DNA of 64,000 nt from Azolla caroliniana (Eukaryota; Plantae; Polypodiophyta). Position numbers and translations under genes: made by a program. Where the stretch lies: contig JBHGNT010000046.1 in assembly GCA_043228905.1 (NCBI GenBank), forward strand, positions 62,001 through 126,000, written 5' to 3'. The notes beneath the pieces were generated by a model that was given only the letters and a program-made list of their open reading frames with translations, made no database searches and was not told where the DNA came from. Of the stretch, positions 1 to 12,860 are shown one piece after another (within the stretch, counting starts at the first letter, position 1; each line of letters starts with the position of its first letter).

Positions 1-890
1 TTTTTAATTCGATATCATAGCTAGCGTTGTTAGCTTCGATTCGCATGTTTGAACACAAAAATCCGATAGCACACGAGCCAGGTATGAACATTTTAATTTA
101 CTCAAGGGCTTCTCTCAACTCCCTCCTAAAATTTGGTAATTTCATCATGTCTTTCGACCTGAGTTTCAAAATCTCGATTTTTTAATTCCATAGCATAGCT
201 AGTGCTGTTAGCTTCGATTCGCATGTTTGAACACAAACATCCGATATCACACGAGCAAGGAATGAACATTTTAATTTACTCAAGGGCTCCTCTCAACTCA
301 CTCCTCAAATTTGCTAATTTCGTCATGTCTCTCGACCTGAGTTTCAAAATCTTGATTTTTTAATTCCATATCATAGCTAGCGTTGTCAGCTTTGATTCGC
401 ATGTTTGAACACAGATATCCGATATCACACGAGCCAGGTATGAACATTTTAATTTACTCAAGGGCTCCTTTCAACTCACTCCTCAAATTTGGTAATTTCG
501 TCATGTCTCTCGACCTGAGTTTTAAAATCTTGATTTTCTAATTCCATATCATAGCTAGCGTTGTTAGCTTCGATTCGCATGTTTGAACACAAAAATTCGA
601 TATCACACTCGCCAGGTATGAACATTTTAATTTACTCAAGGGCTCCTCTCAACTGACTCCTCAAATTTGGTAATTGCGTCATGTCTCTCGACCTGAGTTT
701 CAAAATCTTGATTTTTTAATTCGATATCATAGCTAGCGTTGTTAGCTTCGATTCGCATGTTTGAACACAGAAATCCGATATCACACGAGCAAGGTATGAA
801 CATTTTGTTTTACTCAAGGGCTCCTCTCAACTCCCTCCTCATGTTTGGTAATTTCGTCATGTCTCTCGACCTGAGTTTCAAAATCTTGAT

Positions 891-1526
891 TTTTTAATTC
901 CATATCATAGCTAGCGTTGTTAGCTTCGATTCGCATGTTTGAACACAAACATCCGATATTACACGAGCCAGGTATTAACATTGTATGTTACTCAAGGGCT
1001 CCTCTCAACTCCCTCCTAAAATTTGGTAATTTTATCATTTACCCACTAGCTCTTCTCAACTCACTCCTCAAATTTGGTAATTTCGTCATGTCTCTCGACC
1101 TGAGTTTCAAAATCTTGATTTTTTAATTCCATATCATAGCTAGCGCTGTTAGCTTCGATTCGCATGTTTGAACAACAAAATCCGATATCACACGAGCAAG
1201 GTATGAACATTTTGTTTTACTCAAGGGCTCCTCTCAACTCCCTCCTCATGTTTGGTAATTTCGTCATGTCTCTCGACCTGAGTTTCAAAATCTTGATTTT
1301 TTAATTCCATATCATAGCTAGCGTTGTTAGCTTCGATTCGCATGTTTGAACACAAACATCCGATATTACACGAGCCAGGTATTAACATTGTATGTTACTC
1401 AAGGGCTACTCTCAACTCCCTCCTAAAATTTGTTAATTTCATCATTTACCCACTAGCTCTTCTCAACTCACTCCTCAAATTTGGTAATTTCGTCATGTCT
1501 CTCGACCTGAGTTTCAAAATCTTGAT
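891..1526 (+). repeat. Long-normal-long monomer cassette (229+178+229 bp), copy 1
   Basis: Two 229-bp monomers carry the 51-bp duplication (first at 988-1089) and flank a monomer with the 'gaacaacaaaa' variant. ORF markers 917 and 1324 are 407 = 229+178 bp apart. Confidence 0.93.
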
Positions 1527-2594
1527 TTTTTAATGCCATATCATAGCTAGCGTTGTTAGCTTCGATTCGCATATTTGAACACAAAAATCCGATATCACAC
1601 GACCCACGTATGAACATTTTAATTTACCTCCAAGCTATTCTCTACTGACTCCTCAAATTTGCTAATTTCGTCATGTCTCTCGACCTGAGTTTCAAAATCT
1701 TGATTTTTTAATGCTATATCATAGCTAGCGTTGTTAGCTTCGATTCGCATGTTTGAACACAAACATCCGATAGCACACGAGCCAGGTATGAACATTTTCA
1801 TTTACCTCCAAGCTATTCTCAACTTACTCCTCAAATTTGCTAATTTCATCAAGTCTCTTGACCTGAGTTTCAAAAACTTGATTTTTTAATTCTATATCAT
1901 AGCTAGCGTTGTTAGCTGCGATTCGCATGTTTGACCACAAAAATCCGATATCACACGAGCCAGGTATGAACATTTTAATTTTCCTACTAGCTCTTCCCAA
2001 CTCACTCCTCAAATTTGGTAATTTCGTCATGTCTCTCGACCTGAGTTTCAAAATCTTGATTTTTTATTTCTATATCATAGCTAGCGTTGTTAGCTTCGAT
2101 TCGCATGTTTGAACACAAAAATGCGATATAACACGAGCCAGGTATGAACATTTTAATTTACCTCCAAGCTATTCTCAACTGTCTCCTCATATTTGCTAAT
2201 TTCATCATGTCTCTCGACCTGAGTTTCAAAATCTTGATTTTTTAATTCTATATCATAGCTAGCGTTGTTAGCTTCGATTAGCATGTTTGAACACAAAAAT
2301 TCGATATCACACTCGCCAGGTATGAACATTTTAATTTACTCAAGGGCTCCTCTCAACTCACTCCTCAAATTTGGTAATTTCGTCATGTCTCTCGACCTGA
2401 GTTTCAAAATCTTGATTTTTTAATTCGATATCATAGCTAGCGTTGTTAGCTTCGATTCGCATGTTTGAACACAGAAATCCGATATCACACGAGCAAGGTA
2501 TGAACATTTTGTTTTACTCAAGGGCTCCTCTCAACTCCCTCCTCATGTTTGGTAATTTCGTCATGTCTCTCGACCTGAGTTTCAAAATCTTGAT

Positions 2595-3230
2595 TTTTTA
2601 ATTCCATATCATAGCTAGCGTTGTTAGCTTCGATTCGCATGTTTGAACACAAACATCCGATATTACACGAGCCAGGTATTAACATTGTATGTTACTCAAG
2701 GGCTCCTCTCAACTCCCTCCTAAAATTTGGTAATTTTATCATTTACCCACTAGCTCTTCTCAACTCACTCCTCAAATTTGGTAATTTCGTCATGTCTCTC
2801 GACCTGAGTTTCAAAATCTTGATTTTTTAATTCCATATCATAGCTAGCGCTGTTAGCTTCGATTCGCATGTTTGAACAACAAAATCCGATATCACACGAG
2901 CAAGGTATGAACATTTTGTTTTACTCAAGGGCTCCTCTCAACTCCCTCCTCATGTTTGGTAATTTCGTCATGTCTCTCGACCTGAGTTTCAGAATCTTGA
3001 TTTTTTAATTCCATATCATAGCTAGCGTTGTTAGCTTCGATTCGCATGTTTGAACACAAACATCCGATATTACACGAGCCAGGTATTAACATTGTATGTT
3101 ACTCAAGGGCTCCTCTCAACTCCCTCCTAAAATTTGTTAATTTCATCATTTACCCACTAGCTCTTCTCAACTCACTCCTCAAATTTGGTAATTTCGTCAT
3201 GTCTCTCGACCTGAGTTTCAAAATCTTGAT
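2595..3230 (+). repeat. Long-normal-long monomer cassette, copy 2
   Basis: ORF markers 2621 and 3028 are 407 bp apart; the same duplication and the same 'gaacaacaaaa' middle monomer are present. Confidence 0.93.
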
Positions 3231-5188
3231 TTTTTAATTCCATATCATAGCTAGCGCTGTTAGCTTCGATTCGCATGTTTGAACACAAAAATCCGATATC
3301 ACACGAGCAAGGTATGAACATTTTGTTTTACTCAAGGGCTCCTCTCAACTCCCTACTCATGTTTGGTAATTTCGTCATGTCTCTCGACCTGAGTTTCAAA
3401 ATTTTGATTTTTTAATTCCATAGCATAGCTAGTGTTGTTAGCTTCGATTCGCATGTTTGAGCACAGAAATCCGATATCACACGAGCCACGTATGAACATT
3501 TTAATTTACTCAAGGGCTCCTCTCAACTCACTACTGAAATTTGGTAATTTCATCATGTCTCTCGACCTGAGTTTCAAAATCTTGATTTTTTAATTCTATA
3601 TCATAGCTAGCGTTGTTAGCTTCGATTCGCATGTTTGAACACAAAAATCCGATATTACACGAGCCAGGTATGAACATTGTATTTTACTCAAGGGCTCCTC
3701 TCAACTCCCACGTAAAATTTGGTAATTTCATCATGTCTTTCGACCTGAGTTTCAAAATCTCGATTTTTTAATTCCATATCATAGCTAGCGCTGTTAGCTT
3801 CGATTCGCATGTTTGAACACAAAAATCCGATATCACACGAGCAAGGTATGAACATTTTGTTTTACTCAAGGGCTCCTCTCAACTCCCTACTCATGTTTGG
3901 TAATTTCGTCATGTCTCTCGACCTGAGTTTCAAAATCTTGATTTTTTAATTCCATATCATAGCTAGTGCTGTTAGCTTCGATTCGCATGTTTGAACACAA
4001 AAATGCGATATAACACGAGCCAGGTATGAACATTTTAATTTACCTCCAAGCTATTCTCAACTGTCTCCTCAAATTTGCTAATTTCATCATGTCTCTCGAC
4101 CTGAGTTTCAAAATCTTGATTTTTTAATTCTATATCATAGCTAGCGTTGTTAGCTTCGATTCGCATGTTTGAACACAAAAATTCGATATCACACTCGCCA
4201 GGTATGAACATTTTAATTTACTCAAGGGCTCCTCTCAACTCACTCCTCAAATTTGGTAATTTCGTCATGTCTCTCGACCTGAGTTTCAAAATCTTGATTT
4301 TTTAATTCGATATCATAGCTAGCGTTGTTAGCTTCGATTCGCATGTTTGAACACAAAAATCCGATAGCACACGAGCCAGGTATGAACATTTTAATTTACT
4401 CAAGGGCTTCTCTCAACTCCCTCCTAAAATTTGGTAATTTCATCATGTCTTTCGACCTGAGTTTCAAAATCTCGATTTTTTAATTCCATAGCATAGCTAG
4501 TGCTGTTAGCTTCGATTCGCATGTTTGAACACAAACATCCGATATCACACGAGCAAGGAATGAACATTTTAATTTACTCAAGGGCTCCTCTCAACTCACT
4601 CCTCAAATTTGCTAATTTCGTCATGTCTCTCGACCTGAGTTTCAAAATCTTGATTTTTTAATTCCATATCATAGCTAGCGTTGTCAGCTTTGATTCGCAT
4701 GTTTGAACACAGATATCCGATATCACACGAGCCAGGTATGAACATTTTAATTTACTCAAGGGCTCCTTTCAACTCACTCCTCAAATTTGGTAATTTCGTC
4801 ATGTCTCTCGACCTGAGTTTTAAAATCTTGATTTTCTAATTCCATATCATAGCTAGCGTTGTTAGCTTCGATTCGCATGTTTGAACACAAAAATTCGATA
4901 TCACACTCGCCAGGTATGAACATTTTAATTTACTCAAGGGCTCCTCTCAACTGACTCCTCAAATTTGGTAATTGCGTCATGTCTCTCGACCTGAGTTTCA
5001 AAATCTTGATTTTTTAATTCGATATCATAGCTAGCGTTGTTAGCTTCGATTCGCATGTTTGAACACAGAAATCCGATATCACACGAGCAAGGTATGAACA
5101 TTTTGTTTTACTCAAGGGCTCCTCTCAACTCCCTCCTCATGTTTGGTAATTTCGTCATGTCTCTCGACCTGAGTTTCAAAATCTTGAT

Positions 5189-5824
5189 TTTTTAATTCCA
5201 TATCATAGCTAGCGTTGTTAGCTTCGATTCGCATGTTTGAACACAAACATCCGATATTACACGAGCCAGGTATTAACATTGTATGTTACTCAAGGGCTCC
5301 TCTCAACTCCCTCCTAAAATTTGGTAATTTTATCATTTACCCACTAGCTCTTCTCAACTCACTCCTCAAATTTGGTAATTTCGTCATGTCTCTCGACCTG
5401 AGTTTCAAAATCTTGATTTTTTAATTCCATATCATAGCTAGCGCTGTTAGCTTCGATTCGCATGTTTGAACAACAAAATCCGATATCACACGAGCAAGGT
5501 ATGAACATTTTGTTTTACTCAAGGGCTCCTCTCAACTCCCTCCTCATGTTTGGTAATTTCGTCATGTCTCTCGACCTGAGTTTCAAAATCTTGATTTTTT
5601 AATTCCATATCATAGCTAGCGTTGTTAGCTTCGATTCGCATGTTTGAACACAAACATCCGATATTACACGAGCCAGGTATTAACATTGTATGTTACTCAA
5701 GGGCTCCTCTCAACTCCCTCCTAAAATTTGTTAATTTCATCATTTACCCACTAGCTCTTCTCAACTCACTCCTCAAATTTGGTAATTTCGTCATGTCTCT
5801 CGACCTGAGTTTCAAAATCTTGAT
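5189..5824 (+). repeat. Long-normal-long monomer cassette, copy 3
   Basis: ORF markers 5215 and 5622; this cassette lies in the block that copies 1-2230 at +4298 bp. Confidence 0.93.
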
Positions 5825-7248
5825 TTTTTAATGCCATATCATAGCTAGCGTTGTTAGCTTCGATTCGCATATTTGAACACAAAAATCCGATATCACACGA
5901 CCCACGTATGAACATTTTAATTTACCTCCAAGCTATTCTCAACTGACTCCTCAAATTTGCTAATTTCGTCATGTCTCTCGACCTGAGTTTCAAAATCTTG
6001 ATTTTTTAATGCCATATCATAGCTAGCGTTGTTAGCTTCGATTCGCATGTTTGAACACAAACATCCGATAGCACACGAGCCAGGTATGAACATTTTCATT
6101 TACCTCCAAGCTATTCTCAACTTACTCCTCAAATTTGCTAATTTCATCAAGTCTCTTGACCTGAGTTTCAAAAACTTGATTTTTTAATTCTATATCATAG
6201 CTAGCGTTGTTAGCTGCGATTCGCATGTTTGACCACAAAAATCCGATATCACACGAGCCAGGTATGAACATTTTAATTTTCCTACTAGCTCTTCCCAACT
6301 CACTCCTCAAATTTGGTAATTTCGTCATGTCTCTCGACCTGAGTTTCAAAATCTTGATTTTTTATTTCTATATCATAGCTAGCGTTGTTAGCTTCGATTC
6401 GCATGTTTGAACACAAAAATGCGATATAACACGAGCCAGGTATGAACATTTTAATTTACCTCCAAGCTATTCTCAACTGTCTCCTCAAATTTGCTAATTT
6501 CATCATGTCTCTCGACCTGAGTTTCAAAATCTCGATTTTTTAATTCCATAGCATAGCTAGTGCTGTTAGCTTCGATTCGCATGTTTGAACACAAACATCC
6601 GATATCACACGAGCAAGGAATGAACATTTTAATTTACTCAAGGGCTCCTCTCAACTCACTCCTCAAATTTGCTAATTTCGTCATGTCTCTCGACCTGAGT
6701 TTCAAAATCTTGATTTTTTAATTCCATATCATAGCTAGCGTTGTCAGCTTTGATTCGCATGTTTGAACACAGATATCCGATATCACACGAGCCAGGTATG
6801 AACATTTTAATTTACTCAAGGGCTCCTTTCAACTCACTCCTCAAATTTGGTAATTTCGTAATGTCTCTCGACCTGAGTTTCAAAATCTTGATTTTTTAAT
6901 TCCATATCATAGCTAGCGTTGTTAGCTTCGATTCGCATGTTTGAACACAAAAATTCGATATCACACTCGCCAGGTATGAACATTTTAATTTACTCAAGGG
7001 CTCCTCTCAACTCACTCCTCAAATTTGGTAATTGCGTCATGTCTCTCGACCTGAGTTTCAAAATCTTGATTTTTTAATTCGATATCATAGCTAGCGTTGT
7101 TAGCTTCGATTCGCATGTTTGAACCCAGAAATCCGATATCACACGAGCAAGGTATGAACATTTTGTTTTACTCAAGGGCTCCTCTCAACTCCCTCCTCAT
7201 GTTTGGTAATTTCGTCATGTCTCTCGACCTGAGTTTCAAAATCTTGAT

Positions 7249-7477
7249 TTTTTAATTCCATATCATAGCTAGCGTTGTTAGCTTCGATTCGCATGTTTGA
7301 ACACAAACATCCGATATTACACGAGCCAGGTATTAACATTGTATGTTACTCAAGGGCTCCTCTCAACTCCCTCCTAAAATTTGGTAATTTTATCATTTAC
7401 CCACTAGCTCTTCTCAACTCACTCCTCAAATTTGGTAATTTCGTCATGTCTCTCGACCTGAGTTTCAAAATCTTGAT
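7249..7477 (+). repeat. Solitary 229-bp variant monomer
   Basis: ORF marker 7275; contains the junction ...ggtaattttatcatttacccactagctc... Confidence 0.92.
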
Positions 7478-8367
7478 TTTTTAATTCGATATCATAGCTA
7501 GCGCTGTTAGCTTCGATTCGCATGTTTGAACACAAAAATCCGATAGCACACGAGCCAGGTATGAACATTTTAATTTACTCAAGGGCTCCTCTCAACTCCC
7601 TCCTAAAATTTGGTAATTTCATCATGTCTTTCGACCTGAGTTTCAAAATCTCGATTTTTTAATTCCATAACATAGCTAGTGCTGTTAGCTTCGATTCGCA
7701 TGTTTGAACACAAACATCCGATATCACACGAGCAAGGAATGAACATTTTAATTTACTCAAGGGCTCCTCTCAACTCACTCCTCAAATTTGCTAATTTCGT
7801 CATGTCTCTCGACCTGAGTTTCAAAATCTTGATTTTTTAATTCCATATCATAGCTAGCGTTGTCAGCTTTGATTCGCATGTTTGAACACAGATATCCGAT
7901 ATCACACGAGCCAGGTATGAACATTTTAATTTACTCAAGGGCTCCTTTCAACTCACTCCTCAAATTTGGCAATTTCGTCATGTCTCTCGACCTGAGTTTC
8001 AAAATCTTGATTTTTTAATTCCATATCATAGCTAGCGTTGTTAGCTTCGATTCCCATGTTTGAACCCAAAAATTCGATATCACACTCGCCAGGTATGAAC
8101 ATTTTAATTTACTCAAGGGCTCCTCTCAATTGACTCCTCAAATTTGGTAATTGCGTCATGTCTCTCGACCTGAGTTTCAAAATCTTGATTTTTTAATTCG
8201 ATATCATAGCTAGCGTTGTTAGCTTCGATTCGCATGTTTGAACACAGAAATCCGATATCACACGAGCAAGGTATGAACATTTTGTTTTACTCAAGGGCTC
8301 CTCTCAACTCCCTCCTCATGTTTGGTAATTTCGTCATGTCTCTCGACCTGAGTTTCAAAATCTTGAT

Positions 8368-9232
8368 TTTTTAATTCCATATCATAGCTAGCGTTGTTAG
8401 CTTCGATTCGCATGTTTGAACACAAACATCCGATATTACACGAGCGAGGTATTAACATTGTATGTTACTCAAGGGCTCCTCTCAACTCCCTCCTAAAATT
8501 TGGTAATTTTATCATTTACCCACTAGGTCTTCTCAACTCACTCCTCAAATTTGGTAATTTCGTCATGTCTCTCGACCTGAGTTTCAAAATCTTGATTTTT
8601 TAATTCCATATCATAGCTAGCGTTGTTAGCTTCGATTCGCATGTTTGAACACAAACATCCGATATTACACGAGCCAGGTATTAACATTGTATGTTACTCA
8701 AGGGCTCCTCTCAACTCCCTCCTAAAATTTGGTAATTTTATCATTTACCCACTAGCTCTTCTCAACTCACTCCTCAAATTTGGTAATTTCGTCATGTCTC
8801 TCGACCTGAGTTTCAAAATCTTGATTTTTTAATTCCATATCATAGCTAGCGCTGTTAGCTTCGATTCGCATGTTTGAACAACAAAATCCGATATCACACG
8901 AGCAAGGTATGAACATTTTGTTTTACTCAAGGGCTCCTCTCAACTCCCTCCTCATGTTTGGTAATTTCGTCATGTCTCTCGACCTGAGTTTCAAAATCTT
9001 GATTTTTTAATTCCATATCATAGCTAGCGTTGTTAGCTTCGATTCGCATGTTTGAACACAAACATCCGATATTACACGAGCCAGGTATTAACATTGTATG
9101 TTACTCAAGGGCTCCTCTCAACTCCCTCCTAAAATTTGTTAATTTCATCATTTACCCACTAGCTCTTCTCAACTCACTCCTCAAATTTGGTAATTTCGTC
9201 ATGTCTCTCGACCTGAGTTTCAAAATCTTGAT
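8368..9232 (+). repeat. Long-long-normal-long monomer cassette (229+229+178+229 bp)
   Basis: ORF markers 8394, 8623 and 9030 are spaced 229 and 407 bp apart. These are the last long monomers in the window. Confidence 0.93.
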
Positions 9233-9599
9233 TTTTTAATTCCATATCATAGCTAGCGCTGTTAGCTTCGATTCGCATGTTTGAACACAAAAATCCGATA
9301 TCACACGAGCAAGGTATGAACATTTTGTTTTACTCAAGGGCTCCTCTCAACTCCCTACTCATGTTTGGTAATTTCGTCATGTCTCTCGACCTGAGTTTCA
9401 AAATTTTGATTTTTTAATTCCATAGCATAGCTAGTGTTGTTAGCTTCGATTCGCATGTTTGAGCACAGAAATCCGATATCACACGAGCCACGTATGAACA
9501 TTTTAATTTACTCAAGGGCTCCTCTCAACTCACTACTGAAATTTGGTAATTTCATCATGTCTCTCGACCTGAGTTTCAAAATCTTGATTTTTTAATTCT

Positions 9600-12500
9600 A
9601 TATCATAGCTAGCGTTGTTAGCTTCGATTCGCATGTTTGAACACAAAAATCCGATATCACACTCGCCAGGTATGAACATTTTAATTTACCTACTAACTCT
9701 TCCCAACTCACTCCTCAAATTTGGTAATTTCGTCATGTCTCTCGACCTGAGTTTCAAAATCTTGATTTTTTAATTGCATATCATAGCTAGCGTTGTTAGC
9801 TTCGATTCGCATGTTTGAGCACAAAAATTCGATATCACACTCGCCAGGTATGAACATTTTAATTTACTCAAGGCCTCCTCTCAACTAACTCCTCAAATTT
9901 GGTAATTTCGTCATGTCTCTCGACCTGAGTTTCAAAATCTTGATTTTTTAATTCCATATCATAGCTAGCGTTGTTAGCGTCGATTCGCATGTTTGAACAC
10001 AAAAATCCGATATCACACGAGCCAGGTATGAACATTTTAATTTTCCTACTAGCTCTTCCCAACTCACTCCTCAAATTTGGTAATTTCGTCATGTCTCTCG
10101 ACCTGAGTTTCAAAATCTTGATTTTTTAATTCCATATCATAGCTAGCGTTGTTAGCTTCGATTCGCATGTTTGAGCACAAAAATTCGATATCACACTCGC
10201 CAGGTATGAACATTTTAATTTACTCAAGGGCTCCTCTCAACTCACTCCTCAAATTTGGTAATTTCGTCATGTCTCTCGACCTGAGTTTCAAAATCTTGAT
10301 TTTTTAATTTGATATCATAGCTAGCGTTGATAGCTTCGATTCGCATGTTTGAACACAAAAATCCAATAGCACACGAGCCAGGTATGAACATTTTAATTTA
10401 CTCAAGGGCTCCTCTCAACTCACTCCTGAAATTTGGTAATTTCATCATGTCTCTCGACCTGAGTTTCAAAATCTTGATTTTTTAATTCCATATCATAGCT
10501 AGCGTTGTTAGCTTCGATTCGCATGTTTGAACACAAAAATCCGATATTACACGAGCCAGGTATGAACATTGTATTTTACTCAAGGGCTCCTCTCAACTCC
10601 CACGTAAAATTTGGTAATTTCATCATGTCTTTCGACCTGAGTTTCAAAATCTCGATTTTTTAATTCCATATCATAGCTAGCGCTGTTAGCTTCGATTCGC
10701 ATGTTTGAACACAAAAATCCGATATCACACGAGCAAGGTATGAACATTTTGTTTTACTCAAGGGCTCCTCTCAACTCCCTACTCATGTTTGGTAATTTCG
10801 TCATGTCTCTCGACCTGTGTTTCAAAATCTTGATTTTTTAATTCGATATCATAGCTAGCGTTGTTAGCTTCGATTCGCATGTTTGAACACAAAAATCCGA
10901 TATCACACGAGCCACGTATGAACATTTTAATTTTCCTACTAGCTCTTCCCAACTCACTCCTCAAATTTGCTAATTTCGTCATGTCTCTCGACCTGAGTTT
11001 CAAAATCTTGATTTTTTAATTGCATATTATAGCTAGCGTTGTTAGCTTCGATTCGCATGTTTGAACACAAAAATTCGATATCACACTCGCCAGGTATGAA
11101 CATTTTAATTTACTCAAGGGCTCCTCTCAACTGACTCCTCAAATTTGGTAATTGCGTCATGTCTCTCGACCTGAGTTTCAAAATCTTGATTTTTTAATTC
11201 GATATCATAGCTAGCGTTGTTAGCTTCGATTCGCATGTTTGAACACAAAAATCCGATATCACACTCGCCAGGTATGAACATTTTAATTTACCTACTAACT
11301 CTTCCCAACTCACTCCTCAAATTTGGTAATTTCGTCATGTCTCTCGACCTGAGTTTCAAAATCTTGATTTTTTAATTCCATATCATAGCTAGCGTTGTTA
11401 GCTTCGATTCGCATGTTTGAGCACAAAAATTCGATATCACACTCGCCAGGTATGAACATTTTAATTTACTCAAGGCCTCCTCTCAACTAACTCCTCAAAT
11501 TTGGTAATTTCGTCATGTCTCTCGACCTGAGTTTCAAAATCTTGATTTTTTAATTCCATATCATAGCTAGCGTTGTTAGCGTCGATTCGCATGTTTGAAC
11601 ACAAAAATCCGATATCACACGAGCCAGGTATGAACATTTTAATTTTCCTACTAGCTCTTCCCAACTCACTCCTCAAATTTGGTAATTTCGTCATGTCTCT
11701 CGACCTGAGTTTCAAAATCTTGATTTTTTAATTCCATATCATAGCTAGCGTTGTTAGCTTCGATTCGCATGTTTGAGCACAAAAATTCGATATCACACTC
11801 GCCAGGTATGAACATTTTAATTTACTCAAGGGCTCCTCTCAACTCACTCCTCAAATTTGGTAATTTCGTCATGTCTCTCGACCTGAGTTTCAAAATCTTG
11901 ATTTTTTAATTCGATATCATAGCTAGCGTTGATAGCTTCGATTCGCATGTTTGAACACAAAAATCCAATAGCACACGAGCCAGGTATGAACATTTTAATT
12001 TACTCAAGGGCTCCTCTCAACTCACTCCTGAAATTTGGTAATTTCATCATGTCTCTCGACCTGAGTTTCAAAATCTTGATTTTTTAATTCCATATCATAG
12101 CTAGCGTTGTTAGCTTCGATTCGCATGTTTGAACACAAAAATCCGATATTACACGAGCCAGGTATGAACATTGTATTTTACTCAAGGGCTCCTCTCAACT
12201 CCCACGTAAAATTTGGTAATTTCATCATGTCTTTCGACCTGAGTTTCAAAATCTCGATTTTTTAATTCCATATCATAGCTAGCGCTGTTAGCTTCGATTC
12301 GCATGTTTGAACACAAAAATCCGATATCACACGAGCAAGGTATGAACATTTTGTTTTACTCAAGGGCTCCTCTCAACTCCCTACTCATGTTTGGTAATTT
12401 CGTCATGTCTCTCGACCTGTGTTTCAAAATCTTGATTTTTTAATTCCATATCATAGCTAGCGTTGTTAGCTTCGATTCGCATGTTTGAACACAAAAATCC

Positions 12501-12860
12501 GATATCACACGAGCCACGTATGAACATTTTAATTTTCCTACTAGCTCTTCCCAACTCACTCCTCAAATTTGCTAATTTCGTCATGTCTCTCGACCTGAGT
12601 TTCAAAATCTTGATTTTTTAATTGCATATTATAGCTAGCGTTGTTAGCTTCGATTCGCATGTTTGAACACAAAAATTCGATATCACACTCGCCAGGTATG
12701 AACATTTTAATTTACTCAAGGGCTCCTCTCAACTGACTCCTCAAATTTGGTAATTGCGTCATGTCTCTCGACCTGAGTTTCAAAATCTTGATTTTTTAAT
12801 TCGATATCATAGCTAGCGTTGTTAGCTTCGATTCGCATGTTTGAACACAAAAATCCGATA
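9600..12860 (+). repeat. 9-monomer HOR (1602 bp), about 2 tandem copies
   Basis: ORF pairs 9868/11470 and 10779/12381 differ by 1602. Markers ttagcgtcgat, atccaatagc and gacctgtgtt each recur at +1602. Boundaries are approximate. Confidence 0.88.

Larger units (their letters stand above)
1..6530 (+). repeat. Block duplication: about 1-2230 recurs at about 4299-6530 (offset 4298 bp = 23 monomers, four of them long)
   Basis: Monomer order and rare variants are shared (ttgtcagctttgat, acagatatcc, gagttttaaa, gattttcta). ORF pairs 917/5215, 1324/5622, 1619/5917, 1824/6122 and 1909/6207 all differ by 4298. Confidence 0.9.

Noticed and set aside
34-50. CENP-B box at cttcgattcgcatgttt
   Set aside because: It has the TTCG but lacks the A and CGGG of the TTCGnnnnAnnCGGG core.
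1-178. Identity with Arabidopsis CEN178 or primate alpha satellite
   Set aside because: Only the length is similar. I recognise none of their diagnostic sequence, and a database search would be needed to assign a family.
917-9239. Ten near-identical 69-aa plus-strand ORFs (MLASIRMFEHKHPILHEPG...)
   Set aside because: They start at a TTG within the satellite and exist only because the in-frame 51-bp duplication (17 codons) lengthens a chance open frame. I see no recognisable domain or gene context.
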